From Eledone cirrhosa (taxonomy: Eukaryota): a stretch of DNA of 64,000 nucleotides. Made by a program: the position numbers and the translations under genes. Within the stretch, counting starts at the first letter, position 1. Every line of letters begins with the position of its first letter. This document shows, piece by piece, positions 39,639 to 52,895 of the stretch. The notes under the pieces were generated by a model that saw only the letters and a list, made by a program, of their open reading frames with translations, was not told where the DNA came from and made no database searches. The stretch is from the NCBI GenBank assembly GCA_964016885.1, contig OZ024758.1, positions 5,518,001 through 5,582,000 of the forward strand, given 5' to 3'.

Positions 39639-40869
39639 TTTAATATAATATATAAAGAAATAAAACCCCCACATTTCACTGTTCATTCATATCAGAAATA
39701 AACTCTGTTGCTGATAACTGTTAATTATTGTTAATTACTAATAATTCTCTTGGTCGGCTTTCTTAACAGCTTCCTTCTTTGAAATGAATTAGCTTCTAAT
39801 TATAATTAATTGATTATGTTTCTTTTATATTTCTGAATTGTCTCTTGGCTTGTTAATATCATAGGTAATTAATATTGATTATGACTGAGAAAATATATAG
39901 ATTTTGTTTATAATGGAGATTTCATATATTGTATGATTTCTATTATAGGCACAAGGCCAGCAATTATCCCAGTGTATCACTGGTACTTTATTTTATCGAC
40001 CCCGTAAGGATGAAAGGCAAAGTTAACCTCGGCGGGATTTGAACTCAGACCATAAAGGGCCGTTACTCTTTGTCGTGTCACCTACACGACCACTTTACAG
40101 TGTGGACTGGGTGGTAGTTGTTGTGGCACCTACACAACCATTTTACAGTGCGGACTGGGTGTTAGTTGTTGTGACACCTACACGACCACTTTACTGTGCA
40201 GACTGGATGTTGTTGTGACACCTACACGACCACTTTACAGTGCAGACTGGATGTTGTTGTGACACCTACACAACCACTTTACAGTGTGGACTGGATGTTG
40301 TTGTGACACCTACACAACCACTTTTCAGTGTGGACTGAGTGTTAGTTGTTGTGGCACCTACACAACCACTTTACAGTGCGGACTGGATGCTAGTTGTTGT
40401 GACACCTACACAACCACTTTACAGTGTAGATTGGGTGCTTTTTGTCTTGACACCTACACAACCTCTTTAGTGTGGACTGGATGTTCTGTGGTGCCAACAT
40501 AACTTTACAGAGAAAGGGTTACATATGGTTACAATTTGCATGCTTTGAAGTTTCTTAAGTTGGGCTCAAACCTGCATACCAGACATAATAAGCCACTGTT
40601 ATTCTAAGCATTTTTGAATTACATCTTAATATTCAATCCTTTGTTATGGGTATTATTATTCAATTTGACCTTGTGGCTTCATATTAATGTTTATCTTATC
40701 TACCAGTAAATGTTTTTTTAAAATCCTATCTAAACCATTCTCTTGTTATATGTATCATCTATTTCTGGATTTAAAAATAAATTTAAAAAAAAAGATACTT
40801 TGTAATTTTCTTCCAACTATCAACGAACCTATGCAATGTCAATATTTCAATTTAAGTTTCTGTTTTCAG

Positions 40870-41030
40870 AGTCCAAACCTAAAAATTATCTTAATGAAAA
40901 CCGGAAGAAAGTTCATCAGATTCAAAAGTTAGTAAGATCAAAGACACTTGAAAGCGAGGAACCAGCTAAACAGCTCTGGAAATCAAAAAGATTTCAGGAT
41001 GTTCCATCAAGATTTAAAGAACAATTAGAG
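40870..41030 (+). CDS. ENKD1: Enkurin domain-containing protein 1-like, one clear coding exon (partial gene)
   Basis: The exon is flanked by tgttttcag| and |gtatga. It translates as SKPKNYLNENRKKVHQIQK...EEPAKQLWKSKRFQDVPSRFKEQLE, resembling ENKD1 (PKDHEKEN..RIREIQK...KALWRSPKYDKVESRVKAQLQ, from memory). A candidate first exon 35333-35354 (MSFSSVD+G|gtattt) is phase compatible. No downstream exons were seen. Confidence 0.75.
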
Positions 41031-42042
41031 GTATGAAGAAGAAATGTAACTGTTTCATTAAATGAAATAATCCTTCTACTCAATCTCCTTACAAACAACC
41101 ATCATGTAGCTGTCCATCACACATTTCTTCCTATTACTCTGGTTCTTATGCTACACTATCTTCCATCTCACTTGTCATGTATTTCTTCTCACCAGAGCCA
41201 GGTGAAGGTATGGGAAAGTCAGATAGCCACATGAAGTACCATTTGCTAGAGGGTGTCATGTTGGGTCTTCCAATTATAAAGGGTAAAATGCAAAAATCTA
41301 ATTTTATAAAATAGATTGTGAGTGTGTGTGTGTGAGAAAGATATATGATTGGCTGATGTAAGATAAATACAAAGATGATTCCAAACATAAGACCCAGGGG
41401 TAGACCCTGAGCAAGATGGTTGGATAATATCCATGGGCTCAGCTGGTCTCATTTGGGGATCAAGCCGAATCAATTGGAGACAGTTGCTTCTGACAGGACC
41501 CACTAGAAGGCATGTTTAAGGACTCTGCCCGTAATTACCCTCCCAGGAATAAGTGGGCGAAGAAAAAGTGGGTTCCAAATTTAATTTTTAGTCTGTGTCA
41601 ATAGAATAACCAGGAAATATAGAATATATTTAACTATGTGGGTCCCCAGAAATTTCATGGAAAACATGACTTGTCTTCACTCTGAAACCATTCTAAAATC
41701 TAGGAATACATGTATTATATTCTTCTTCTTTGGCCACTTATTCCTGAGAGAGTCGTATATTATATGGCTTTAACAATTATTATAATGATGTGCAATAAAA
41801 AGATATATTGAATATGATTTACAAAAGAAACAAAACAATAAAAATGAGCCAGAAAAAAAGAAAAAGACATGCACATTCTTTCAATTCTTCTTCTATACAT
41901 CTGTTACCAATGCCACAATAAAGTTCCTCCTCTAGCACACCTTGTCTAGCATTGCTGACTGAATTATCCTTGCTTCCAACCTGATGTCGCTTTCAAGAAC
42001 ATCCTTCAGCATAGTGGTTGGTCTTCAAACTCATCTGCACAC

Positions 42043-42242
42043 NNNNNNNNNNNNNNNNNNNNNNNNNNNNNNNNNNNNNNNNNNNNNNNNNNNNNNNNNN
42101 NNNNNNNNNNNNNNNNNNNNNNNNNNNNNNNNNNNNNNNNNNNNNNNNNNNNNNNNNNNNNNNNNNNNNNNNNNNNNNNNNNNNNNNNNNNNNNNNNNNN
42201 NNNNNNNNNNNNNNNNNNNNNNNNNNNNNNNNNNNNNNNNNN
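42043..42242. other. Assembly gap (200 N)
   Basis: Run of N bases. Confidence 1.
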
Positions 42243-45200
42243 CCCAAGATTTACCAGAGTTTCCATCTCCATACGGATGTTTTCCTCCTCCATCAATGTA
42301 AGACAAACCAGTTCCAGTTTTTGCTCCGTCACCCCAAGATACACTTCCTCCACCAACCCAAGTGCCAATACTACTCCCACCTTTTCCTCTGCCACCCCAA
42401 GATCCACCGTCACCACCACCACCACCACCAACACCACGACCACCACCACCACCACCACCACCATTATATGAGCCTCCACCGCCACCTAGTGCATTGCCAC
42501 CGCTTCCTCCTCCCCCTCCACCGCCACCTAGTCCAATGCCATTACCCCCTTCTCCGCTACCACCACCACCACCACCACCAGCACCACCACCAGGAGCACC
42601 ACCACCACCAGCACCACCACCACCAAATTCACTAGTCATGTCATGTGTGTTGCAAAGACTGTTTGGACACAGGCACCACTTTTCATCTTCAAAATCCAAG
42701 CATCCTGGTCTCAGCACTTTAGGTAGGCTGGGAAAAGCTGATGAACATCCTCTGTAGATAACTGAAACAACAACGAATAACAAGGTGACTAAATGAAATA
42801 AAAAAGGGACAAAAAGAAAAAAAAATAGTTAGACAGAGGATTTCCAGGTTTATTAGAATGTTGGACAAAATATTCGCAAGAGCATCCAAACCGGCCAGGA
42901 ATGGACAAAATATTCGCAAGAGCATCCAAACCGGCCAGGAATGGACAAAATATTTGCAAGAGCATCCAAACCAGCCAGGAATGTCTCCCCTCTTTCTGTT
43001 CAAATTGGCTGTAACTGGCCACTCATATTGATGTTAAGGTATTGTTCTCAAGATAAATAACATCAAAATCTCATAGATTCGATATTATATGAAATAATTA
43101 TGTAAGATAAAGAGTTTACTACCAAAATACAATAGTAAATATAGAGTAATGTGAATGTTAAAGGGTTAATCTACCTTAATAAACAGTTTCTGTCAAGTAA
43201 ATTACACTAAAAAAAAAAAAAGACTTTGATGGACCCAAAGTTATGATAGAAGTCACTTCTCCAGGGTGCCACGCTGTCAGGTTGAATGAGAAACTAAGTA
43301 GTTTTGACGGTAGGCTGAAACATTCATAGGCTGACTATGAAGGAGTGGTGCTAGAGCTGTGAAATCTTGATAACTGCATTGTTTCTTTCCAGGGACTACG
43401 TTGAAAAATAAACCTCATTTGGTCATTCGATGAGAGTATCTTGGTCAGCCTTTGAATTAAATCAATCCCAGTGCATTACTGGTACTTTAATTTATCAAGC
43501 CCATAAGGATGACAGGCAACGCTAACCTCGGCGGGATTTGAACTCAGAAAGTAAAGAGCCGTAACTCTATGCCACAAAACGTTAGCTAATGCTCTAATGA
43601 TACTACCAATCTACTGCCCTTACTAAGTAATAATAATTACTAATTTAGGCAAAAGGCCAACAATTTTGGAGGGGAGGTTGATTATATCAACCTCATTGTG
43701 TGACTGGTACTTTATTTTACCGACCCCGCAAGGATGAAAGCCAAAGTTGACCTCGACGGGATTTGAACTCAGAATGTGAAGAGCCAGAACAAATACTGCA
43801 AAGCATTTGCCTGATTCCCTAACAGATCAGCCAATCATACCTTGCATAATAATAGTTTCTGGTAGAGACGACACAAGGTCAACCATTTTGGGGGGAAAGT
43901 TGATGAAAACTATCCCAGTGTGTTACTCTTTTTTTGTTTACTCTTTTACCTGTTCCAGCCCAGTTGATTAAATCAACCCTAGTACGTTACTGGTCCTTTA
44001 TTTTATCGACCCCGTAAGGATGAAAGGCAAAGTTAACCTCGGCAGCATTTTAATTCAGATCGTAAAGGGCCGTAACTCTAAGCTGTAAAGCATGGCGTCC
44101 GACCCTTTACCGATACTGGCAATCCACCTAATAGTTTCTGATATAGACACAAGACACAAAATACACACTCACTCAAATACACACACAGTCACACATACAC
44201 ACGCACATGTATGGAGACAATATAAAAATATTTCCAATGTACTTACCTCCCTTTTCCCATTTGCTTGACCTTGAGAAGCAGAAGCCAATACAGCTAACAG
44301 TTGCCAATTTATCAGTGTTCAAATTTCCATTGGTTGGACAGTCTTGGTAATTATAATTTGTGGAACCACTGTGGCAGTCATAACACTTCATACCATTACC
44401 TCCTCCACCTCCTCCTCCTCCAGCTTCTCCACCTCCATTTCGTCCACCATCAGATCCACTATTATGTCCATAACCACAGAATATAGATGGAGCTGTAAAA
44501 TTGACATCTCACGTTAGTCTATAGCAAGGAAGCCCCAAATATTTAAAACCATTGATTCCTTCATGGAATCAATTTACTCATGTATTTACAGAAATAGTAA
44601 GTACCGTATATACTTGAATATAAACCGAACAAACAAAATTTTTGAAGTTGAACTCTGCATAATTGAACTTGAATATAAGTCGGGGAGTATGTGACCCCCA
44701 AAAATCAATTTTAGAAAGGGGTTGGTTTATATTTAGGGTCAATATTTTAATGATTTTCAACAACTTTAAATTCTACATAAATAAATTAAAAATTTTTGCT
44801 AATTTCTCAGACGGCTTATTATCATCATCATCGTTTAACGTCCATCTTCCACGCTTGCATGGGTTTGGAACCATCATATATGTGATGTCATATGAAAGGC
44901 AATAGCTGAAACAACTTGGCACCAGTGACATTGCAACTCCTCTCTACAGCTGAGTAAACTGGAGCAATGTAAAATAAAATGTCTTGCTCAAGGACACAAC
45001 ACATCACCAAGTCCAAGAATCGAACTCACAACCTCTCAATTGTAAGCCGAACACTCTAACCACTAAGCTATGCACCTTCACCCTCATTACTAGGCCTCAC
45101 TCTTGAACCTCTTGCTAAATATCTTTAATAAGAGGCTGATGATGATTCTTCCTAACAAGTAGAACCTTTTGGAATTTCATCTTAATCAAAGTTTGTTTGT

Positions 45201-46217
45201 TTTTTCTTAATATACATTAATCTGGAAAAATTGAGCCTGAGCATCAACATAGTTGACTCATTCCTGAATCTTGAAAGTCTGTCTCAAGCCCGGAACTCAC
45301 CAGGCTGGTGGTTATTCTACTTACTGTGACATTAAGACTTCACTCTGGATATGACGCCAGACAATCACAGTGATAAAGTCTGTCTCGAGCCCGGAAGCTA
45401 ATCACGTTGCTGCTTATCTCAGCTTCTGTGGTGTGAAGTGACTGAGAATACAAGACTTCCACCTGGACAGGACGCCAGTCCATCACAGGATTAAACCCCC
45501 AGCTATTGTTGGTATTCATTTTCAGCTGAGTATACTGGAGCAATGTGAAATGAAGTGCTTTGTTCAAGAACACAATGCACAACCCAGTCCAGGAATTGAA
45601 CCCTTGATGTTATAATCTTAAGTGCAACAACCTTACCACTAGGCCATGTGCCTCCACAAGACACAACCTGCACTAGGCCATGTGCCTTCACAAGACACAA
45701 CCTTACCCCTAGGCCATGTGCCTCCACAAGACACAACCTGGTTACACATATAAGAAAATGGAAACTAGAATGCAAACTAAAAATAAGGAATTATTATGAG
45801 GGCAGACAAAATAAAAAGAGAAAAAAAAAAAAGGTCAGGTCGAGCTGCTACTTCTCCGAATTAAGGGACCACAGTTCTGGTATTAAACATGTGGTTAGAA
45901 TGTCTCTGGAAAAAATCACTGGACAGATTTTACAGGCAAAAACCAACCAACCAACCAACCAACAGGAGACCAAGAGATAGAGCCAGAGTAAGATAGTTGG
46001 ATAACATCCATGGACTCGACTGGTCTTGCTTGGGCATCCAGCCGAATCAATTGGAAACAGTTGCTTCTGCTAGGACCCGCTGGAAGAAGTGTTTGAGGAC
46101 TCTGCCACCAGGGCCCTTTCAGAAATAAGTAGAAGAAGAAGAAAAGAAATAGAAGAATTTTTAAATACCTTCCGAGAAGATTAGGAGTATAATCAACGTC
46201 GCACTCGTCAAGTACAT
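42243..46217 (-). CDS. Secreted glycine-rich protein with one Ly6/uPAR (three-finger, quiver-like) domain; 3' end lost in the gap
   Basis: Exons are 46217-46169 (MYLTSATLIILLIFSE, signal-peptide-like), 44492-44247 (PSIFCGYGH..Gly run..MKCYDCHSG...DCP...SCIGFCFSRSSKWEKG) and 42761-<42243 (VIYRGCSS...PGC...WCLCPNSLCN then a long Gly/Ser/aromatic tail). Both introns are phase 1 GT-AG. Ten Cys follow the LU pattern ending in CN. Confidence 0.88.
45835..46140 (+). mobile_element. Another LINE 3' fragment family (RTE/Jockey-like); copies at ~20950-21110, 41390-41570, 56260-56555 and 63690-64000(-)
   Basis: Shared sequence ..gtagaccctgagcaagatggttggataa..ccatg..ctggtc..ttggggatccagccg.. with an (AAG)n tail. 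Confidence 0.6.
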
Positions 46218-46271
46218 GCTGGTTGTTTTCAGGCTTTGCTCATATGAAACTACAATGCCATTTATCCAGTA

Positions 46272-46279
46272 TTTATATA
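46272..46279 (-). promoter_or_regulatory. TATA box of the Gly-rich LU gene
   Basis: TATATAAA on the minus strand, about 55 bp upstream of the ATG at 46217. Confidence 0.45.
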
Positions 46280-46717
46280 CTTCAAAATTCCATTCTTACC
46301 TCTTTTTTTTTTTTAAATAAAAAAAAAATTAGATTAATTAAAAATAAATATGTTAATCTACAAACTAGGTGTGTAACGAGTAGAGTGTTATATTTGGACA
46401 AACTATAGGCTGGATTTATTTATGTGGGTGTGTGTGTGTGCATGTGTATATACATACTTACACACACACACACACACATATATATATGTGTGTATGTATT
46501 TATATATATATGTGGGTGTATGTGTATACATATATGTGTGTGCGTGAGTGTGTGTATGTGTGAGTATGTATGTATATATGTGATGTGTGTGAGTGTGTAT
46601 GTATATATTTGTGTGTGTGTGTGTATGTGAGTATGTATGTATGTATATATATATATATGTGTGTGTGTGTATATATGTGAGTGTGTATGTGTGTATGTAT
46701 GTGTCTATGTGAGTGTG

Positions 46718-46767
<50 letters not shown>

Positions 46768-49334
46768 AGCAATTGTGTAGGAGGAGTTAAGCAAGCTTTC
46801 ATAATATAATTTACCTTTTTTTTCTTCCTTTTATTTAATATTTACATTTAGTTTAAAATGTTAAATGTCTGGTAACAGAAATCAAGTATGGAATGACATT
46901 CGTTATAAAGAACAATATTATATGTGATAATAGGAACAATGAAGGTACATGGCTTAGTGGTTAGAGTGTCAGGCTTACAATCTTGAAGCTGTGGGTTCAA
47001 TTCCCAGATCCAGCTGTATGTTGTGTCCCTTATTTCATGTTGCTCCGGTTTAATATAATAATAATGAAATTATTGTTTACAGTGTTCAGGAGCACTACAG
47101 GGCCAGCAATTACCCCCAGTGCATTACTGGTGCTTTATTTTATTGACCCCCGTAAGGATGAAAGGCAAAGTTAACCTCGACAGGATTTGAACTCAGAATG
47201 GAAAGGGCCGTAACTCTATGCGTCAAAGCATGGCGTCCGACCCTCTACCGATACTGCCAATCCACCGCCTATATAGTACATAGAACAATGTTCAAATGTC
47301 AGGAAAATTAACAGTGAATGAGTCATGAAATACATGTGTGTGTGTGTATGGAGGGGGGCTATCAGGTGTAGTGTTGGCGAATTTCAGGAAGCATGGAGGT
47401 TTTGCATGACTCTGAACAGTTTCCAGGAGGGCAATGTTCGGAGCAAGATAGGGGTTCCAGAGTGGTGTTACTCAGTTATAGAAATGAAGTGCCACATCAC
47501 TGGTGCCAAGCTGTATCTGCCATTGCCTTTCGCTTGGACATCACACGGAACAAACTACCTGCATCAGTTGTTAGCTGCCGAGGAACTGCATTCTTTAAAA
47601 CCTCCATGCTTCCTGAAATTTGCCAACACTACAAATTGGCTATAGTATCTAGGATAAGGATGGGCTAGAAGAAGTTTACGGAGCTGCTTCCCCTGTTGAC
47701 AAAGAAGGTTTTCTCCCTACGAACGAAATGCCGGTTATATGATGCCTGTGTGAGATGTGTGATGCTGCATAGTAGTGAGACATGGGAAGCAACTGCAGAG
47801 GATATGCGACAGCTGGACATGTGATGACCGCTGGGTAAAGAAGTGCCAAGAAATCCCAGTAGAAGGAAGACGCAGTAGAGGAAGACTATGAAAAACATGG
47901 GTGGAAGTGGTGAGAGCAGACATCAGATGGCTGAAGCTCATGGAGGAGATGACCAAGGACCATGACGAATGGAGAGATGTTGTGCTTAATAGGACCCGTC
48001 CCACCCTTGCAAGCAGGGAAAAGCGGACGTAAAATGATGATGATGATGACTACAATTGATATCCCCCCCCCCCCCCCTCCATACACCCGCACACATGTAT
48101 ATCATGACTCATACACTATTCACTTTCCTGACATTTGTACATTATTCTATGTACTGTACATGCACCTTTGACGAGTTGTAGTGCACCTGAACACTGTATA
48201 CAACAATTTCACTGTATTCAATAATTATCATTATTATATAGTGTATATCTAGTATGTATATATATATGTATGTGTATATATATATTTATATGTTTGTGTA
48301 TATATGTATTATGAAGGCACATGGCTAAGTGATTAGAGAATTAGATTCGCAATCGTGAGGTTGTAAGTTATGTATACTAGGTCATTAGGGTTAAATGTCA
48401 TTGCCATACTGTAAATGTGGTTGGTGTTAGGAAGGGCATCCAACCATAGAGCGGGACACGGTCACCCGATCAATCTTGCCTCAAGTGGGACAATTCTCGT
48501 CTAACCCATGCTAGTGTGGAAGATAGACGTTAAACGATGATAATGATGATGATGATGATGATAATGACAAGATGACCCAGCAATCAGCTGACTGCATACA
48601 CAATACCTCATCAACTTGGTCTTGCCATTGGAGTTATATGTACTGGGTCATTAGGGTTAAATGTCATTTCCTTGGATACAAGATGACCTACCTATCAGTT
48701 AGCTGTCTACACAGTCAATACTTTATAGACTTGGTCATCATCATCATCATCATTGTCGTTTAACGTCTATCTTCCACGCTAGCATGGGTTTAGATGTAAT
48801 ATTTATTTAACATTTATCACTTTACATAAGTACATAAGTAATTTGCTTATGCAGCTCAATATTTTCTGCTAAAATAAAAGTGTTTGCTGTTTTAATTATA
48901 TTTAAATTAGATTCAATCTTGACCTTAATCAAACTAGGAAAGTTCGTAAAGTTTCAGCAAATAATGAAGATGATGGAATCACTTTAGTTTTCTCTTTAGG
49001 TTTATAACTTAACTGTTAATTAGTTATTTAGAATTAACATCGTTTATCTAAACAGGAGTGTTGTTAGTTTCTGATTTTGTAAGTGACACTTTAAAGCTTA
49101 AACAATTATAGGTTGGTTAGATTTAAATTACTGCATATATTCTGCAATTTTGTACAATTTAAATGTGTTCTGAGGGTTGGCTGAAAAGTTTATAGATAGA
49201 CTATGAAGGAGTGATGCTAGAGCTGTGAAATCTTGCAGGCATTAATTTCAACTCTTCTTATTAATAACTGCATTGTTTCTTTCCAGGGACTATGTTGAAA
49301 AATAAACCTCATTTGGTCATTCTATGGCCAGCTA

Positions 49335-50440
49335 AACTCCTGTCAATGGCAGCTTAGTCATGGGACTCTGGAGAGAGTCGGACATTGACCAAACCCTTGA
49401 GCTCACTGAATATAAGATCACTGAGGCGTTGGTGAGATGACGAGAATTTGTAAGAGGGACTAACTCTAAGGAAATACAATAACTTAGGGATTGACAGATA
49501 ATTCCAGAGAATAAAAAAACCTTGGTGAGGTTCAATGACTTCGAGGTTTTTTAAAAGTTGTTTGGGTTAGCCAACTTAGATTGAAAGATGGACTTGAAGG
49601 CTTGGTCAGTAACTGGGGCCCCAAGGGAGCACCACACTGATGGGGGAGGAACCTCGATGAAGGGGAAAGACTCAGTGAACAGGTCAACAGTCTCTTGATG
49701 GGAAGCTGGGTGGTTGAGGAGCCAGAGCTCACTTTTGGAACTGTTGACGTGAAGACCCGTACGACCCAACTCCTCGATCATCGTCTTCGGAGTAGCAAGG
49801 ACCTTGTTTGGGGGACTCCCCCAATCAAGCATCATCCAGATACTAGACATTCAGATCCAGGTCAACTCCCAACTTGGTGATGTCATCAATGCCCAGAGTG
49901 AAAAGTGCAGGTCCGAGTGAGTCACCCTGTTGGACCCCTGTGGCAGATAGAAGGAGATGGTCACCGAAGGTGAGGTAGGAGGGCTCCTGGTAGGCTTGCT
50001 AAGGAAAGTGGTAAACCTGCGGGACCCCCTCCTTTACTGAACAGAGGATGACATCCTGATTGATGGAATTAAAAGCATTCCTGAGATCCAACTTGAGGAT
50101 GACCTCGGGGGTTTCAGAAGGCAAGTTGGTAAATGCACTGATGAGGTGAGCAGCAGCCTCACAACCCAGCTTTGTACCCACCCCTAGCTGAATAGGGGCA
50201 AATTTGGTGGACAGTCTGCCTGAAATCATACATACCTTCTCGACAGACATACCTTCGTGGTGAGCCGTTGCAGAGTGCATCTAACTGCTATGGGGTGGAG
50301 GTCACCTTTGGACTTTGAGAGACCAAACAGTTTAGCTCCAAAGAACAGGGGGTGGATATAAAAGAGGACATTCTTGGACGAGAAGAAGTTGGTGAAATGG
50401 GTGAAGTTCTCTAAATGTTTGAAGCCAGACTGTAATCGTA
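49335..50440 (-). mobile_element. Degenerate CRE-clade RT fragment
   Basis: Frameshifted segments LHPIAV..TLQRL, QLGVGTKLGCEAAAH, LKLDLRNAFNSI, GVQQGD and GLHVNSSKSE. Confidence 0.8.
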
Positions 50441-50546
50441 CGAAATAGCTTGGCATTTTAGCAACATTTCTATGTACTATACATGCACCTTTGATGAGTT
50501 GTAGTGCACCTGAGCACTGTACACAATAATTTCATTATTATAATTC

Positions 50547-50963
50547 TGTAACGAAATCTGTCTACTGTCCACACCTTGACCCCTGGGTGACATTTAACGG
50601 TCATTTTCTGGGACTAAGAGTAGACGACCAGGAGACAGAGGAAGCGACAGATATAAATAGCCTGTCTTAGATCAAGGGGCAATCAGTTCGAAGCAGTTCT
50701 TGATAGAGTAAACATGTAGACTATCGTTTTCTACAGACCCTTTTGGGGTCCTTCAGACTCTTACTTCCTCTTATTCTCTCTCTCTTTTACTCAATCTTTA
50801 TCTCTTAGTCTCTCTCTTAACAAAGCCAGTGAAGTTCATGAAGTTTTCTTGGTAAATACAATTTAATTCTACTTTTACAAACAAACAAATAACGTCCATA
50901 ATTCTTGTCTATTTTTAGTATAGCTTCGGTGTGAGTTATTTTCAATAAATTAATAATATAACA
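50547..50963 (+). mobile_element. Possible solo LTR
   Basis: Starts TGTAAC and ends TAACA, with an internal TATAAATA and an AATAAA near the end. No matching TSD was found. Confidence 0.3.
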
Positions 50964-51144
50964 GTTTAGTGTCATCGTGGTTCATTTATATATATTCACT
51001 TTCTGTGTGATGAAGGAACGGTAAACATAGAGAGTAACGAACCGATGTAAGGGACGTAATTTGAAAAAAAAAAAAGTTCCTATGTTTATTTATATATATA
51101 CTTTTGATAGTGTGTATATACTGTTCATATATCTCTACCCCCCA

Positions 51145-51181
<37 letters not shown>

Positions 51182-51292
51182 CGAAGGAGTTGTGGTAAGG
51201 AACCAGATGGACCATAACGCACCAGAGTATTCAATATTTAGGGTAGTAGAGTGGGTAATAGGAGAATTAGCCCAGAAATACCGCCGTCGGGG

Positions 51293-51364
<72 letters not shown>

Positions 51365-51505
51365 TTGAATACATATATGTATATATCTGTGTTTATCTCT
51401 CTTTTATATTCAATTATGATATACGGCTCGGAAAAATGTCTTTCCTTGAGCTATTTAATTGTAAGAGACTATTTTGAGTTGAGTTTCTAACTCAATATAT
51501 ACCTT

Positions 51506-51549
<44 letters not shown>

Positions 51550-51754
51550 TATATATGTGTGTGTGTGTGGGGGGGGGGGGTTAAACATGGGCAGCAACTA
51601 CAGAGGATATGCGAAGGCTGGAGAGAAATGAAGCAAGCATGCTCCGTTGGATGTGCAATGGCAATGTACATGAACAACCAAGCATAAATGAGTTGAGAAA
51701 GCAACTGGGAATAAGAGGGATAAGTTGTAGTGTGCGGGAGAGAAGACTGCAATG

Positions 51755-52895
51755 GAGTCCCTACTGCCAAGGATACGACCGCAAACCTGTCGGAAAGTGA
51801 CTGGTATTTGGAGAGTTTGGCCTCCTCGGCCCGACATGCAGCAGAAACTGGGTTACTCGCAGACTGTACCAGGTTGCGGCTGCAGAAAGTGTCGGTGCAA
51901 GTGGCATCCCAGACGAGGGGTTTGCTACCGCGGAACGGGAAGTCGGTCATGCCGTCTGGCCTTTTGCCGTCCCCTCGGTCCAGCCCCACCGGCTCGAGCT
52001 GGGAAGGGAAGCCTGCAGCGTCCAAGCCATGCTTTATGACCTCGTTGAGGGCAGGAACCACCGATTGAAGGTCATGGCAGACAGTCTCTACGGGCCCGCC
52101 CAACGTAGCATCATCTAGATACCAAACGTTGAAAGGAGCTGTGATTCTCCAGGCAATGTGGTCTATACCAAGGGCAAACAGGAGGGGGCCCAAAGGGTCG
52201 CCCTGCTGGACCCCAGTGGCCGAAGGTATGACCGTATCAGCAGCAAGGAGCATGCTCGGGGCTCCATACGACAGGTAGGCCAGCGAGTAGGCAGAGGGGG
52301 CTCGGCTGAGGAAGGCATCAAGCAGATGGTCCCGGCGTATGCAGTTATAGGCATTCACCATGTCAAGCTTGACAATGAGGTGCCTGGAGTCCCTGGAAGC
52401 CGGTTCCGGTGGGCAGCTGTTGAAGAACTGCCTGGTGGCATGTGTGCCCCCCTCACAGCCACCGGACACGCCGACACCCAGTTACACTGGACTGAACTCC
52501 TCACCCAGTTCAGGTGTTATGGACCTACAGACCACCTTGGCAGCCAGCCACCGGAAGACATTGCCCACAGCGATGGGGCGTATGCCACCCTCTTTCTTCC
52601 TGAGAGCGGTCAGGCTAGCTGAGGTTCCAGGGCGCCATGGATAAGCCTATTTGTGAGTGCCACAATTGCACTCAGAAGGCGGCGCCCGGCCTCAGAGGAG
52701 AGGGGTATAGCAATTCCTTGAGGTGGCCAGGTCGGAGACCATCAGCACCTCCGCTGTTGCTAGCTGGGAAGGACTTGATGGCGGACATGATGTCTGTGTC
52801 GGAAGCCACAAGGAGCAAGTGGGGATCGGCTGGGGGTATGGGTCTGAGGTCAGCGGATGGCTCAGGGTGCTTGAGTCGCAGGGCAGCCAGGACCT
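51755..52895 (-). mobile_element. CRE-clade non-LTR retrotransposon fragment (RT plus restriction-like endonuclease), internally deleted
   Basis: ORF 51549-52469 has VKLDMVNAYN, GVQQGDPLGPLLF and WYLDD (RT), then DGKRPDG, WDATCTDT and AEEAKLSKY (REL endonuclease). The segment is GC-rich. Confidence 0.88.

Noticed and set aside
39406-39679. Poly-His / poly-Asp-Gly ORFs
   Set aside because: Pure CAT/CAC microsatellite with no splice signals or unique coding flanks.
41815-42042. Minus-strand reading ending in a hydrophobic stretch just left of the gap, a possible GPI/TM end of the LU gene
   Set aside because: All three frames contain stops close to the gap, and the hydrophobic end is simply a T-rich tract. 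It cannot be linked across the gap.
42362-42757. Poly-proline (extensin/formin-like) and His-rich ORFs on the + strand
   Set aside because: They are shadow frames of the Gly-rich minus-strand exon, which has splice sites, a signal peptide and an LU domain.
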